The notes below the pieces were generated by a model that did not search any database, had not been told where the DNA came from, and worked only from the letters and a program-made list of their open reading frames with translations. Positions 20,433-31,784 of a stretch of 32,000 nt of DNA are shown here, one piece after another; the first letter of the stretch is position 1; each line of letters begins with the position of its first letter. The stretch lies in assembly GCA_015134435.1 (NCBI GenBank), contig CP043989.1:90001-122000 (forward strand), in the 5' to 3' direction. Origin of the DNA: Candidatus Saccharimonadota bacterium. GTDB lineage: Bacteria; Pseudomonadota; Gammaproteobacteria; Enterobacterales; Enterobacteriaceae. The translations under genes and the position numbers were made by a program.

Positions 20433-20693
20433 ATGAAAAAATTTAGTATTTTTCATTTTTTTTTATTTTTTATTTATATTATATTTAATTTAAAAAAAAA
20501 TTTTTTAAATGAAATATTTTCTTTTATTTATATTTATATATTAATTAAATATTTTTTATTATTAAAATATAAATTTTTAATATTTGAAAATATTATAATT
20601 AATATATTTATTTTTTTTTTATTTTTAAGTATATTAGAAAATGTTTTATTTTTTTTTTTGAAAAATTTTTATATTATTTTATTTTTTTTATAA
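20433..20693 (+). CDS. Orphan 86-aa ORF, F/I/L-rich, possibly a small membrane protein (doubtful)
   Basis: The ATG-to-TAA ORF is uninterrupted under both codes and starts 18 nt after truA in the same orientation. Its hydrophobic stretches are punctuated by K/N/E. It has no G, P, R, D, W, T or C residues and no recognisable motif. Its T-rich sense strand is atypical of the other genes here, so it may be a chance ORF or a relic. Confidence 0.3.
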   Translation: MKKFSIFHFFLFFIYIIFNLKKNFLNEIFSFIYIYILIKYFLLLKYKFLIFENIIINIFIFFLFLSILENVLFFFLKNFYIILFFL

Positions 20694-20782
20694 ATAAATT
20701 TTTAAATATTTTAATAAATATTATTAAATTATTATTATTTATTTATTTATATAATATTATATATTTTTATTTTAATAATTAA

Positions 20783-20854
20783 TTGTGGGAGTTGGATTTG
20801 AACCAACGACCTTCGGGTTATGAGCCCGATGAGCTACCACTGCTCTATCCCACT
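20783..20854 (-). tRNA. Initiator tRNA-fMet (anticodon CAU), 72 nt, no encoded CCA
   Basis: The reverse complement is AGTGGGATAGAGCAGTGGTAGCTCATCGGGCTCATAACCCGAAGGTCGTTGGTTCAAATCCAACTCCCACAA. The anticodon stem ends in three consecutive G:C pairs (GGG/CCC). Positions 1:72 are an unpaired A:A. The central segment is near-identical to E. coli tRNA-fMet. Confidence 0.9.
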
Positions 20855-20933
20855 AATTATAATTAATTATTATATCATAATATTATAATATAATATATAT
20901 TTATACAATATATATTAAATATTTATTAAATTT

Positions 20934-20937
20934 AAGG
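20934..20937 (+). promoter_or_regulatory. Shine-Dalgarno-like AAGG(A), 5 nt upstream of the eno ATG
   Basis: 'atttAAGGattttATG'. Confidence 0.4.
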
Positions 20938-20942
20938 ATTTT

Positions 20943-22244
<1,302 letters not shown>

Positions 22245-22305
22245 AATTTATTTATTATTTTAATTTTTTTATTAAAAAATTTTAAATAATTAAATTAATA
22301 TTTTT

Positions 22306-22363
<58 letters not shown>

Positions 22364-22413
22364 TATAATATATATAATTAAAAATTTTTTAAATAAATAT
22401 TTATAATTTTTTA

Positions 22414-23658
22414 TTATATTCATTTAATTAAAAAAAAATTTTTTTTTCCTTTTTGAATTATTGTAAATTTATTAAAATATTTATCTTTTTTTTTTATTTT
22501 ATAATTTATATTATTTATTAATTTATAATTTATTTTAATAGAAGAATAATGTATTAATTTATTAGCTTGTGATTTTGTTTTACTTATTTTTAATAATAAT
22601 AATATGTTTTTTAATTTTTTAATATTATTTTTTAATTTAATTTTTGGTATTTTAAAATTAAATATTTTTTTTAATTTTTTTATTGTTATATTTTTTTTTT
22701 TATTAAAATAAAAATTAATAACATATTTTATATTTTTAATATTTTTTTTACCATGTACTATTTTTGTAATTTTTTTTGCAAGAATTTTTTTTAATTTTTT
22801 TATATTTTTATTTTTTATTATATTTTTTATTTTCTTTATTTTTATTCATGTAAGTTGTTTTAAATAATCATATACTTTATTATTTTCTATATTTAATCAA
22901 AATTGATAAAATTCATATGGTGTAGTTTTTTTATCATCTAATCATATTGTATTTTTATCTGATTTACTATATTTTTTACCATTTTTATTTATTATAAGAG
23001 GTAGTGTTATTCCAAAAGATTTTTTTTTATTAATTTTATTAATTAAATTTATTCCTGATATTATATTTCCTCATTGATCTGATCCTCCTATTTGAATTAT
23101 TGTTTTTTTTTTATTAAATAAATATAAAAAATCATAACTTTGTAATATTGGATAACTTAATTCTTTAAAATTAATTCCTTTTTTATTTAATATATTTTTA
23201 TTTTTTATTGTTTTTTTATTTAACATTTTATTAACAATAAAATGATTACATAAATTTTTTAAAAAAAAATTTATTTTCATATTTTTAAATCATTTATTAT
23301 TTTTAATTATTTTTATTTTATTAGGTATTATTTTTTTTATTTGTTTTATTATATTTTTACTGAATTTATTGATTTTATTTTTATTATATTTTTTTCTTTT
23401 TTTATTTTGAAAACTTGGATCTCCTATTAAAGTAGTGAATTTTCCTATTAGTATTATTATTTTATATCCATAATTTTGAAATCTTTTTAAAGTTAATATT
23501 GGTATTAAATGTCCTATATGTAAACTTTTATATGTTGGATCAAATCCACAATATATACTTATATTTTTTTTTTTTATATATTTTAATATATTTTTTTTAT
23601 TAGATATTTGTATTATTAAATTTCTTGATTTTAATTCTTCAATTATATTTTTTTTCAT
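22414..23658 (-). CDS. tyrS: Tyrosyl-tRNA synthetase, 414 aa
   Basis: Pieces 23290-23658 and 23071-23280, plus the downstream sequence, form one 1245-nt frame. Motifs include 'YCGFDPTYKSLHIGHLIPIL' (HIGH), 'GDPSF' and 'IQIGGSDQWGNIISG' (W = TGA 23071-23073). Hand translation also gives 'KYSKS' (KMSKS-type) and a C-terminal S4-like 'SKTKSQANKLI...IKIN'. The frame ends '...LIKWI*' with TAA at 22414-22416. Confidence 0.93.
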
Positions 23659-23741
23659 AATTTAAAAGTTTAATATTATTAATAAAAATTGTATAATATT
23701 ATTATACAATTTTTATTTTATATATTATAATTTATGATATT

Positions 23742-23813
23742 ACGTTCTTAACTCAGAGGTAGAGTACCATTTTGACGTAATGGAAGTCAGTGGTTCGATT
23801 CCACTAGAACGTA
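23742..23813 (+). tRNA. tRNA-Val (anticodon GAC), 72 nt, no encoded CCA
   Basis: The acceptor stem is ACGTTCT/AGAACGT and the D arm is ACTC-AGAGGTA-GAGT. The anticodon arm is CCATT-TTGACGT-AATGG and the T arm is AGTGG-TTCGATT-CCACT. Confidence 0.88.
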
Positions 23814-23847
23814 TATTTATTAAAAAAATTAATTTAAAAAATTTAAT

Positions 23848-25254
23848 ATGAAAAAAACAAAAATAATATGTACTATGGGTCCTAGTATTTATAATAAAAA
23901 TATATTAATTAAATTATTTAATTTTATAGATGCAATAAGATTAAATTTTTCTCATGGAGATCATTATGTTTATAAAAAATATATTAAAATTTTAAATAAT
24001 GTTATGGATAAAACTAAAAAAAAAATAGTTATAATTTTAGATACTAAAGGTCCTGAAATTCGTACTCTTAAATTAGAAAATTCTAAAAAAGTATTTTTAA
24101 AAAAAAATCAAATATTTTGTTTTACTTCTGATAAAAATATTATAGGAAATAATAATATTGTAGCAGTATCTTATAAAAATTTTATATTTGATTTAAATAT
24201 AGGAGATAATATATTAATAGATGATGGTTTAATTAGTATGTTTGTAATTGATAAAAATTATAATAAATTAATTTGCAAAGTTAAAAATAGTGGTTTTTTA
24301 GGTGAAAATAAAGGAATTAATTTACCTAATATTTCTATTAATTTACCTGTTTTATCTAAAGAAGATAAAAAAGATTTAATTTTTGCTTGTGATAATAATA
24401 TAGATTTTATTGCTGCATCATTTATTAAAAAAAGTTCTGATGTATTAAAAATTAGAAAATTTTTAAATAAAAATAATGGAAAAAATATTCAAATTATTTC
24501 TAAAATTGAAAATAAAGAAGGTTTAAAAAATTTTGATAATATATTAAATATTTCTGATGGAATAATGATAGCTAGAGGAGATTTAGGTGTAGAAATACCT
24601 ATTGAAGATGTTATTTTTGCTCAAAAAATGATAATAAAAAAATGTAATTTTTATAAAAAAATAGTAATTACAGCTACTCAAATGTTAGATTCTATGATAT
24701 TAAACCCTAGACCTACTAGAGCTGAAGCTGGAGATGTTGCTAATGCAATATTAGATGGTACTGATGCTGTTATGTTATCTGGAGAAAGTGCAAATGGTAA
24801 ATATCCTATTGAATGTGTTAAAATAATGTATAATATTTGTTGTCGTACTGATAATATTAATAATAATTTTATTTATAAAAAAAATAATTTGTCTATAAAT
24901 GAATTTATATGTAAAAGTATTGTTGATATTTCTAAAAAAATAAATTCTTCTTTAATTTTAGTTTTTACTAAAATGGGAAAATTAGTAAGATTTATTAGAA
25001 AATATTTTCCTAAATCTTTAATATTAGCTTTAACTAAATATAATTATACTTTTAAAAAATTAATATTAATAAGAGGTGTTATACCAATATTTGTGAATAA
25101 TATTAATTCAATTAATGATTTTTATAAAATTGGTAAAAAAATATGTATTTCTAAAGGTTATGCTAAAATTGGAGATATTATTATTATGATATTTGGACCA
25201 TTAATATCTTCTATTTCCAATATTAATAATATTATTTCAATTCATAAATTATAA
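23848..25254 (+). CDS. pyk: Pyruvate kinase, 468 aa
   Basis: The sequence begins 'MKKTKIICTMGPS' and includes 'RLNFSHGDH', 'ILDTKGPEIRT', 'DFIAASFI', 'IISKIENKEG', 'IMIARGDLGVEIP', 'ATQMLDSM...PRPTRAEAGDVANAILDGTDAVMLSGESA.GKYP'. It is full length under either code. TAA stop. Confidence 0.95.
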   Translation: MKKTKIICTMGPSIYNKNILIKLFNFIDAIRLNFSHGDHYVYKKYIKILNNVMDKTKKKIVIILDTKGPEIRTLKLENSKKVFLKKNQIFCFTSDKNIIGNNNIVAVSYKNFIFDLNIGDNILIDDGLISMFVIDKNYNKLICKVKNSGFLGENKGINLPNISINLPVLSKEDKKDLIFACDNNIDFIAASFIKKSSDVLKIRKFLNKNNGKNIQIISKIENKEGLKNFDNILNISDGIMIARGDLGVEIPIEDVIFAQKMIIKKCNFYKKIVITATQMLDSMILNPRPTRAEAGDVANAILDGTDAVMLSGESANGKYPIECVKIMYNICCRTDNINNNFIYKKNNLSINEFICKSIVDISKKINSSLILVFTKMGKLVRFIRKYFPKSLILALTKYNYTFKKLILIRGVIPIFVNNINSINDFYKIGKKICISKGYAKIGDIIIMIFGPLISSISNINNIISIHKL

Positions 25255-25262
25255 TATATTAA

Positions 25263-27752
25263 TTATTTTATTTTTTGTAAATCTATAATTTTTTCATTAT
25301 TCATATTTTTTATACGCATTAAAATTATACCTTGTGTATTTCTTTTTAAAATATTTATTTTATTTACTTTTATATATATAAAAATACCTTTATTTGTAAC
25401 AATTATTATTTTATTATTTTTATTTATTTTAATAGCTTTTACAACATAACCATTTTTATTATTTATTTTAATTGCTATAATTCCTTTTGTTGCTCTAGAT
25501 TTTTTAGCAAATTCTGATAATAAAGTTCTTTTTCCATATCCATTTTTAGTTATAATTATAATTTGTTTATCTTTATTATTATTTATAACTAATGATGAGA
25601 TAATAATATCTTTATGTTTTAATTTTATTGCTTTAACTCCAAATGAATTTTTATTTGTTTTTCTTACATTGTTTTCTGAAAATCTTATTGCTTTTCCAAA
25701 TTTAGTAAATAACATTATTTGTTGATTTTTTTTAATATAATTAACACTTACTATTTTATCTTTATTTTTTAAATTTATTATATTTATTTTTTTATTTTTT
25801 TTTATATTTAATTCATTTATTTTAATTTTTTTTATTATTCCATTTTTTGTTATTAATATTAAATATTTATATTTTATATTATTTTTAATTTCTAATATAT
25901 ATGTAATTTTTTCTTTTTTTTTAATTTTTATAAAATTTATTATTGGTTTTCCTTGATTATTATTTTCATATGGAATTGAATAAGTATTCATTATAAAACA
26001 TTTTCCTTTATTAGAAAATAAAAATATTTTTTTATGTGTATTTGTTATTAAAATATTTTGTATATAATTATTATTTTTTATTTTTATTATTTTTTTTCCT
26101 TTTCCACCTTTATTTTGAATTCCAAAAATATTTATTTTTTTATAACTAATATAATTTAATTTTGTTAAAATAATAATTATTTTTTCTTTTTTTATTAAAT
26201 CTTTAGTTGTTATTTTAATTTCTTTTTTATTTATTTTTGTTAATCTATTATCTCCAAATATTTTTTTTATTTTTAATAATTCATATTTTATTATATTTTT
26301 TAATATTTTTTTATTTGTTAGTATTTTTTTTAATTTTTTTATTTTATTTTTTATATTTATATATTTATTTTTTATTTTATCTTGTTCTATTTTAGTTAAT
26401 TTAATTAGACTTAAATTAAGTATTGAATTTATTTGTAAATTACTTAAACAATAAATATTATTATTTTTTTTATTTTTTGTTTTTATTTTATTATTAATTT
26501 TTAATTTTATATTTAATATTTTTTTTTTAATTTCTTTTTTATTATTAGATTTTTTAATTATGAATAATATTTTATTTATATTAATTAAAGTTATTATTAA
26601 ACCTTCATAAATATGAAATTTTTTTTTATTTTTTTTTAATTTAAATATAGTTTTTTTTTTAATTATTTTTTTTCTATGTTTAATAAATATTTTAAATATT
26701 TTTTTTAAATTTAATATTTTTGGTTTTTCATTATATAAAGCTATCATATTTATTCCATATGATATTTTTAAATTAGTTAAACATAATAATTTATTTATTA
26801 TAATTTTTCTTCTTGAATTTTTTTTTATTTCTATTACAATTCTCATTCCATCTTTATTAGATTCATCTTTAATATTATTTATACCTTCTATTTTTTTTTC
26901 TTTTTTTAATTGTATTATTTTATTTATTATTTTTGTTTTATTAATTTGATAAGGTAATTCATTTATAATAATATATTTTTTATTATTTTTATTATCATTT
27001 TCTGTAATAATTTTTGATTTTATTTTTATTGTTCCTTTTCCTGTTTTATATGCTTTATATAATTCTTTTATATTTTCTATTATACCTCCTGTTGGAAAAT
27101 CTGGTCCTTTTATATATTTCATTATTTCTTTAATTTTTATTTTTTTATTTTTTATATAAATTATTAATGCATTTATTATTTCTTTTATATTATGTGGTGG
27201 TATATTTGTCGCCATACCAACAGCTATTCCTGTTGATCCATTTATTAAAATGTTTGGTATTTTAGTTGGTAATATTTCTGGTATTTTTTGAGTTTCATCA
27301 TAATTTTTTACAAAATTAATTGTGTTTAATTCTATATCTTTTAATAATTCTTGAGATATTTTAGACATTCTAATTTCTGTATATCTCATAGCTGCTGCTG
27401 GATCTCCATCTATAGATCCAAAATTCCCTTGTCCATCTATTAAAGGATATCTAAGAGAAAATTTTTGAGCCATTCTTACTATAGAATCATATACAGCATT
27501 ATCTCCATGTGGATGATATTTACCTATTACATCTCCAACTATTCTAGCTGATTTTTTATATGGTTTATTAAAATAATTTTTTAATATATACATAGCATAT
27601 AATATACGTCTATGTACTGGTTTTAATCCATCTCTAACATCTGGTAATGCTCTTCCTATTATTACAGATGTTGCATAGTTTAAATAAGATTCTTTTAATT
27701 CTTCTTCTATTTTTATATAATTATTTTTTTTATTTATTATTTTTTTTTTCAT
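25263..27752 (-). CDS. gyrA: DNA gyrase subunit A, 829 aa
   Basis: Motifs include '[32 protein letters not shown]', '[36 protein letters not shown]' (QRDR region), '[20 protein letters not shown]' (catalytic Tyr) and '[18 protein letters not shown]'. The C-terminal beta-pinwheel region is K/I/N-rich. Confidence 0.97.
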   Translation of the reverse strand: MKKKIINKKNNYIKIEEELKESYLNYATSVIIGRALPDVRDGLKPVHRRILYAMYILKNYFNKPYKKSARIVGDVIGKYHPHGDNAVYDSIVRMAQKFSLRYPLIDGQGNFGSIDGDPAAAMRYTEIRMSKISQELLKDIELNTINFVKNYDETQKIPEILPTKIPNILINGSTGIAVGMATNIPPHNIKEIINALIIYIKNKKIKIKEIMKYIKGPDFPTGGIIENIKELYKAYKTGKGTIKIKSKIITENDNKNNKKYIIINELPYQINKTKIINKIIQLKKEKKIEGINNIKDESNKDGMRIVIEIKKNSRRKIIINKLLCLTNLKISYGINMIALYNEKPKILNLKKIFKIFIKHRKKIIKKKTIFKLKKNKKKFHIYEGLIITLININKILFIIKKSNNKKEIKKKILNIKLKINNKIKTKNKKNNNIYCLSNLQINSILNLSLIKLTKIEQDKIKNKYINIKNKIKKLKKILTNKKILKNIIKYELLKIKKIFGDNRLTKINKKEIKITTKDLIKKEKIIIILTKLNYISYKKINIFGIQNKGGKGKKIIKIKNNNYIQNILITNTHKKIFLFSNKGKCFIMNTYSIPYENNNQGKPIINFIKIKKKEKITYILEIKNNIKYKYLILITKNGIIKKIKINELNIKKNKKINIINLKNKDKIVSVNYIKKNQQIMLFTKFGKAIRFSENNVRKTNKNSFGVKAIKLKHKDIIISSLVINNNKDKQIIIITKNGYGKRTLLSEFAKKSRATKGIIAIKINNKNGYVVKAIKINKNNKIIIVTNKGIFIYIKVNKINILKRNTQGIILMRIKNMNNEKIIDLQKIK

Positions 27753-27923
27753 ATAAAATTTTGATATAAAAATTTTTTATATATAATAATAAAATTATAT
27801 ATTTTTAATTAAATATTTTATTTTTATTATAAATATATAATATATTATATTTATTTTTAATTAAATTAAAAATGATTTTTTATATTTTTTATATAATATA
27901 AAAAATATTTATTTTTTTAATAA

Positions 27924-28511
27924 TTATATACAAATTAATATTATTATTAATGGTAATATATTTAATAATAATTTATTAAAAATTATTTGTATTGTTATTA
28001 TATTTTTTATTTTATTTAATATTATTATTGGTATATTTATTTTAATTAGTTTATTTATTATTGTTAATATAATAAATAATATTACTATTAATAAAATTTT
28101 TATTATTTTTTTAAATATATTATTATTTTTGTTTTTTATTATATTTAATATTTTTTTATAACTATAATATAGTCCATAATATAAAATTAATAATCTAATT
28201 ATATTAAAAAATGTAAAAAATAATAATAAATTTATATTATTATTTGATATAGATAAATTTATTTTTAAAATTTTTAATAATAATTTTATAATTTCTCAAA
28301 ATATTGGATTTTTAATTTTTTTTAATGATTTTAAAAATTTAATTTTAATATTTTTAATTTTATTTATTTTTTTTTTATATTTTTTTATTATAATTATTAT
28401 TATATCTGATGTTAATGATTTTATATATAAATATATATTAAAATTTTTTATATTTTTTTTTAATATTATTTTTTTTTTTAAATTATTATTATTTATTTTT
28501 TTATTTTTCAT
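27924..28511 (-). CDS. Orphan 195-aa protein with a lysine-rich N-terminal half and about three predicted hydrophobic helices in the C-terminal half
   Basis: Track ORF 28296-28511 ends in TGA. Read as Trp, the frame stays open for 124 more codons to the TAA at 27924-27926 (translated by hand). The C-terminal half contains 'NINLLLFFTFFNIIRLLILYYGLYY', 'IIKILLIVILFIILTII' and 'LLLNILPLIIILICI'. An in-frame stop lies 7 codons upstream of the ATG. The gene is co-directional with and upstream of gyrA. I recognise no motif. Confidence 0.55.
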
Positions 28512-28669
28512 TTTTTTATTTGTTATTTTATATTAATTTTTTAAATTTTTATTAAATTTTTAAAAATTTTTTATTTTAATTTAAAATTTTATTTTTTTAT
28601 TTTTTATTAATAAATAATTTATTAATTTTAAAAATATATAATATTAAAATATTTTTATTATTATATAAT

Positions 28670-29674
28670 TTATTTTTTTATTAAAAAATAAATTATATCA
28701 TTATTTTTAATTTTATATTTTTTTCCTTTTATTTTAATTTTACCTTTTTGTTTTAAATTATTTCATCCTTTATATTTTATAAATTTTTTATAATTAGTTA
28801 TTTTTGCTTTTATAAATTTTTTTGAAAAATCGCTATGTATTTTGTTAGCAGCATATATAATATTAGTATTTTTTTTTAAAATTATTTTTTTTGTTTCTTT
28901 TTTATTTGTAGTAAAGAAATAAATTAAATTTAATAATTTTATAATTTTTTTAATTATTTTATTATTTATTTTTATATAATTTTTTTTTTTATTTTTATTT
29001 AATTTTTTAATATTTATTATTATAATATTTTTTTTATTATTTAAATATTTTTTTGTTTTTTTTATTAAATATTTATTTTTTTTTTTATTATTTATATTTA
29101 ATATATAAATATGTTTTTTATTACTTATTAAATTTATTTTTTTAAATATATTATTTTTAATAATTTTTATATTATTATTTTTTTTTAATTTATTAATATA
29201 TTTATTTATTTTTTTTATATTATTTATATTTTTATATTTTTTTTTTAATTTTTTTAATTGTTTAATATCATATTTAATTATTTCTTTATTTATAATTTTT
29301 ATATCTCTTATTGGATTTATATTTTTATTTATATTTGTTATATTTATATTATTAAATATTCTAATTACATGTAATAATATATTTGTTTTTTTTATATCTT
29401 CTAAAAATTTATTTCCTAAACCTAATCCTTTATTTGCTCCTTTTATTAATCCTGCAATATCTATATATTCAATTTTTGGTAAAGTTATTTTTTTACTATT
29501 TGTTATTTTTAGTATTTTATATATTTTATTATCATATATTTTTATGTTTTTATTATTTGATTTTATAGTACAAAAAGGAAAATTTTTATTTTTTACATTA
29601 CTTTTTGTTATTATATTAAATAATGTTGATTTACCAACATTAGGTAATCCTATAATTCCACATTTTATTTTCAT
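28670..29674 (-). CDS. ychF: Ribosome-binding ATPase YchF (Obg-like), 334 aa
   Basis: The N-terminus reads 'MKIKCGIIGLPNVGKSTLFN' (G1). The sequence includes 'DIAGLIKGANKGLGLGNKFL' (G3), 'LLHVIR.F' and 'IHSDFSKKFIKAKI'. After the TGA at 28763-28765 the frame continues 'WNNLKQKGKIKIKGKKYKIKNNDIIYF...' (the YchF C-terminal TGS-like 'GK.R.EGK.Y.V.DGD...F') to the TAA at 28670-28672. Confidence 0.93.
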
Positions 29675-29716
29675 TATATTTTTAATATTAAATTGATTTA
29701 TTAATAAATTATTTTA

Positions 29717-31123
29717 TTAATTTATATTTTTTTTTAATGTTGGAAATAATATAACATCTTTTATTGAATTATTATTTGTAAATAACATTGTTAATCTATC
29801 TATACCTATACCTACTCCTCCAGTTGGAGGTAATCCATATTTTAATGCATCTATATATTCTTTATTATAAAAATTTTTATTTTTTTTATTATTTTTTATT
29901 TGTTTTTTAAATATTTTTTTTTGATCTTTATAATTATTTAATTCTGTAAATCCATTTGCGATTTCATAACCTGCTATAAATAATTCAAATCTATCTGCTA
30001 TATTTTTATTTTTTTTATTTTTTTTTGCTAATGGAGATATATTTGATGGATATTTTGTAATAAATGTTGGTTGTATTATTTTTTTTTCTGTTGTAATTTC
30101 AAATATTTTTATTATTAATTTACTTATAGATATTTTATTTTTTAATTTTATTTTTAATTTTTTAGCTATTTTTATTATTTTTTTATTATTATTTAAATCT
30201 TTTTTTTTTTTAAATAATTTTGAATATTTGTATATTGATTTTTTTATACTTATTATTTTATAAGGTATATTTAAATTTATTATTTTTTTTTTAAATATTA
30301 ATTTATTTTTATTTTTATTAATATTATTATTTATATAATAAATAATTTTTTCTGTTAATTTCATCATATCTTTATAAGAAGAATATGATTTATATATTTC
30401 AATCATAGTAAATTCTGGATTATGTTTAAATGATAATCCTTCGTTTCTAAAATTTCTATTTAATTCAAATATTTTTGTAAACCCTCCTATTATTAATTTT
30501 TTTAAATATAATTCTGGAGCTATTCTTAAATACATATTTTGATTTAATTTATTATGATATGTTATAAATGGTTTTGCTATATCTCCTTCTGGAATATAAT
30601 GTAGCATAGGTGTTTCTACTTCTAAAAAATTTTTTTTATTTAAATATTTTCTAATTATATTTATTATTTTAATTCTAGTTAAAAAAGTTTTTCTTGTTTT
30701 TGAATTTATTATTAAATCTAAATATCTTTTTCTAAATTTTATTTTTTTATTTTTTAATTTATTAAATTTATCTGGTAATAATTTTTTATTTTTAATTAAT
30801 ATTTTGAAAAAATTTGATTTTATTGTTAATTCATTAGTATTTGTTTTAAATAATATTCCTTTAATTAATATTATATCTCCTATTTTTATTTTTTTAATTT
30901 TTGGTATTAATTTTTTTTTTATATAATTTTTATTTATTAATATTTGAATTTTTCCTTGTATATCTTGTATATCTAAAAAATTATTTATTCCCATTAATCT
31001 TTTTGATATAATTCTACCAGCTATATTTATATTTATTTTTTTTTTAATTATTATATTTTTTGATTTATTTGAATATTTTTTAATTATTTTATAAATGTCA
31101 TTTATTTTTTTTTTTATATTCAT
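29717..31123 (-). CDS. lysS: Lysyl-tRNA synthetase (class II), 468 aa
   Basis: The sequence has an OB-fold N-domain ('IAGRIISKRLMG...FLDIQD..GKIQI') and 'RKRYLDLI'. Class II motifs are 'FLEVETPML' (motif 1), 'LRIAPELYLKKLIIGGF.KIFELNRNFRNEG....HNPEFTMIE.Y' (motif 2) and 'GLPPTGGVGIGIDRL.ML' (motif 3). Confidence 0.95.
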   Translation of the reverse strand: MNIKKKINDIYKIIKKYSNKSKNIIIKKKININIAGRIISKRLMGINNFLDIQDIQGKIQILINKNYIKKKLIPKIKKIKIGDIILIKGILFKTNTNELTIKSNFFKILIKNKKLLPDKFNKLKNKKIKFRKRYLDLIINSKTRKTFLTRIKIINIIRKYLNKKNFLEVETPMLHYIPEGDIAKPFITYHNKLNQNMYLRIAPELYLKKLIIGGFTKIFELNRNFRNEGLSFKHNPEFTMIEIYKSYSSYKDMMKLTEKIIYYINNNINKNKNKLIFKKKIINLNIPYKIISIKKSIYKYSKLFKKKKDLNNNKKIIKIAKKLKIKLKNKISISKLIIKIFEITTEKKIIQPTFITKYPSNISPLAKKNKKNKNIADRFELFIAGYEIANGFTELNNYKDQKKIFKKQIKNNKKNKNFYNKEYIDALKYGLPPTGGVGIGIDRLTMLFTNNNSIKDVILFPTLKKNIN

Positions 31124-31124
31124 A

Positions 31125-31688
31125 TTATGAATTTATTAAATTTTGTATATATTTAAAATTATTATTTTTAATAAATAATTTTATATATTTTATTGATTTA
31201 ATTATTGATTTATATATTAATTTTTTTTCTTTTTTATTTGGTTTATTTAATACAAAATTTTTTAATTTTTTCATATTTTTAGGTTTACCTATGCCTATTC
31301 TTAATTGATAAAATGATTTTTTTTTTAAATATTTTTTTATATTTTTTATACCATTATGTGTATTTTTTTTTTTATAATTAAATTTTATTTTTTTTTTTCC
31401 AGGTTTAATATTTATTTCATCATGTATTATTAATATATTTTTATTTTTTATATTAATTTTTTTTTTTATTTTTAATATATATTTTCCAAAATTATTTATA
31501 TATGTTTTTGGTATATATATATTAATTATTTTATTATTTATATTAATTTTATATATTTTATTAAATTTTATATTTTTTAAAAAATTATTATTTATTAATT
31601 TATTTATAAATCATATTCCTACATTATGTCTTGTATTAAATAATGTTTTATTATAATTTCCCATTCCTATTATTAATTTTATACACAT
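31125..31688 (-). CDS. pth: Peptidyl-tRNA hydrolase, 187 aa
   Basis: Hand translation is 'MCIKLIIGMGNYNKTLFNTRHNVGIWFINKL...IYIPKTYINNFGKYI...ILIIHDEINIKPGKKKIKF...HNGIKNI...FYQLRIGIGKP...FVLNKPNKKE'. It matches the Pth consensus LIVGLGNPG..Y..TRHN.G, P.T.MN.SG, HDE.D...G, HNG and R.RIGIG.P. The TAA at 31125-31127 lies 1 nt from the lysS ATG. Confidence 0.9.
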
Positions 31689-31784
31689 TTTATATTTTAA
31701 TTATATTTTATAAATTAATATTATTTATAATATATTATATATTATTATTTATTTTATATATAATAAAATTATATTGGTGAATTT

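Noticed and set aside
27884-27908. Perfect 11-bp-arm A/T-only palindrome (atattttttat-ata-ataaaaaatat) upstream of gyrA, considered as an operator or terminator
   Set aside because: It is made only of A:T pairs and has very low predicted stability. Palindromes of this size are expected by chance in near-binary A/T sequence. There is no second copy and no positional logic.
29383-29568. Plus-strand ORF 29383-29568 (61 aa)
   Set aside because: It is an antisense shadow inside ychF.
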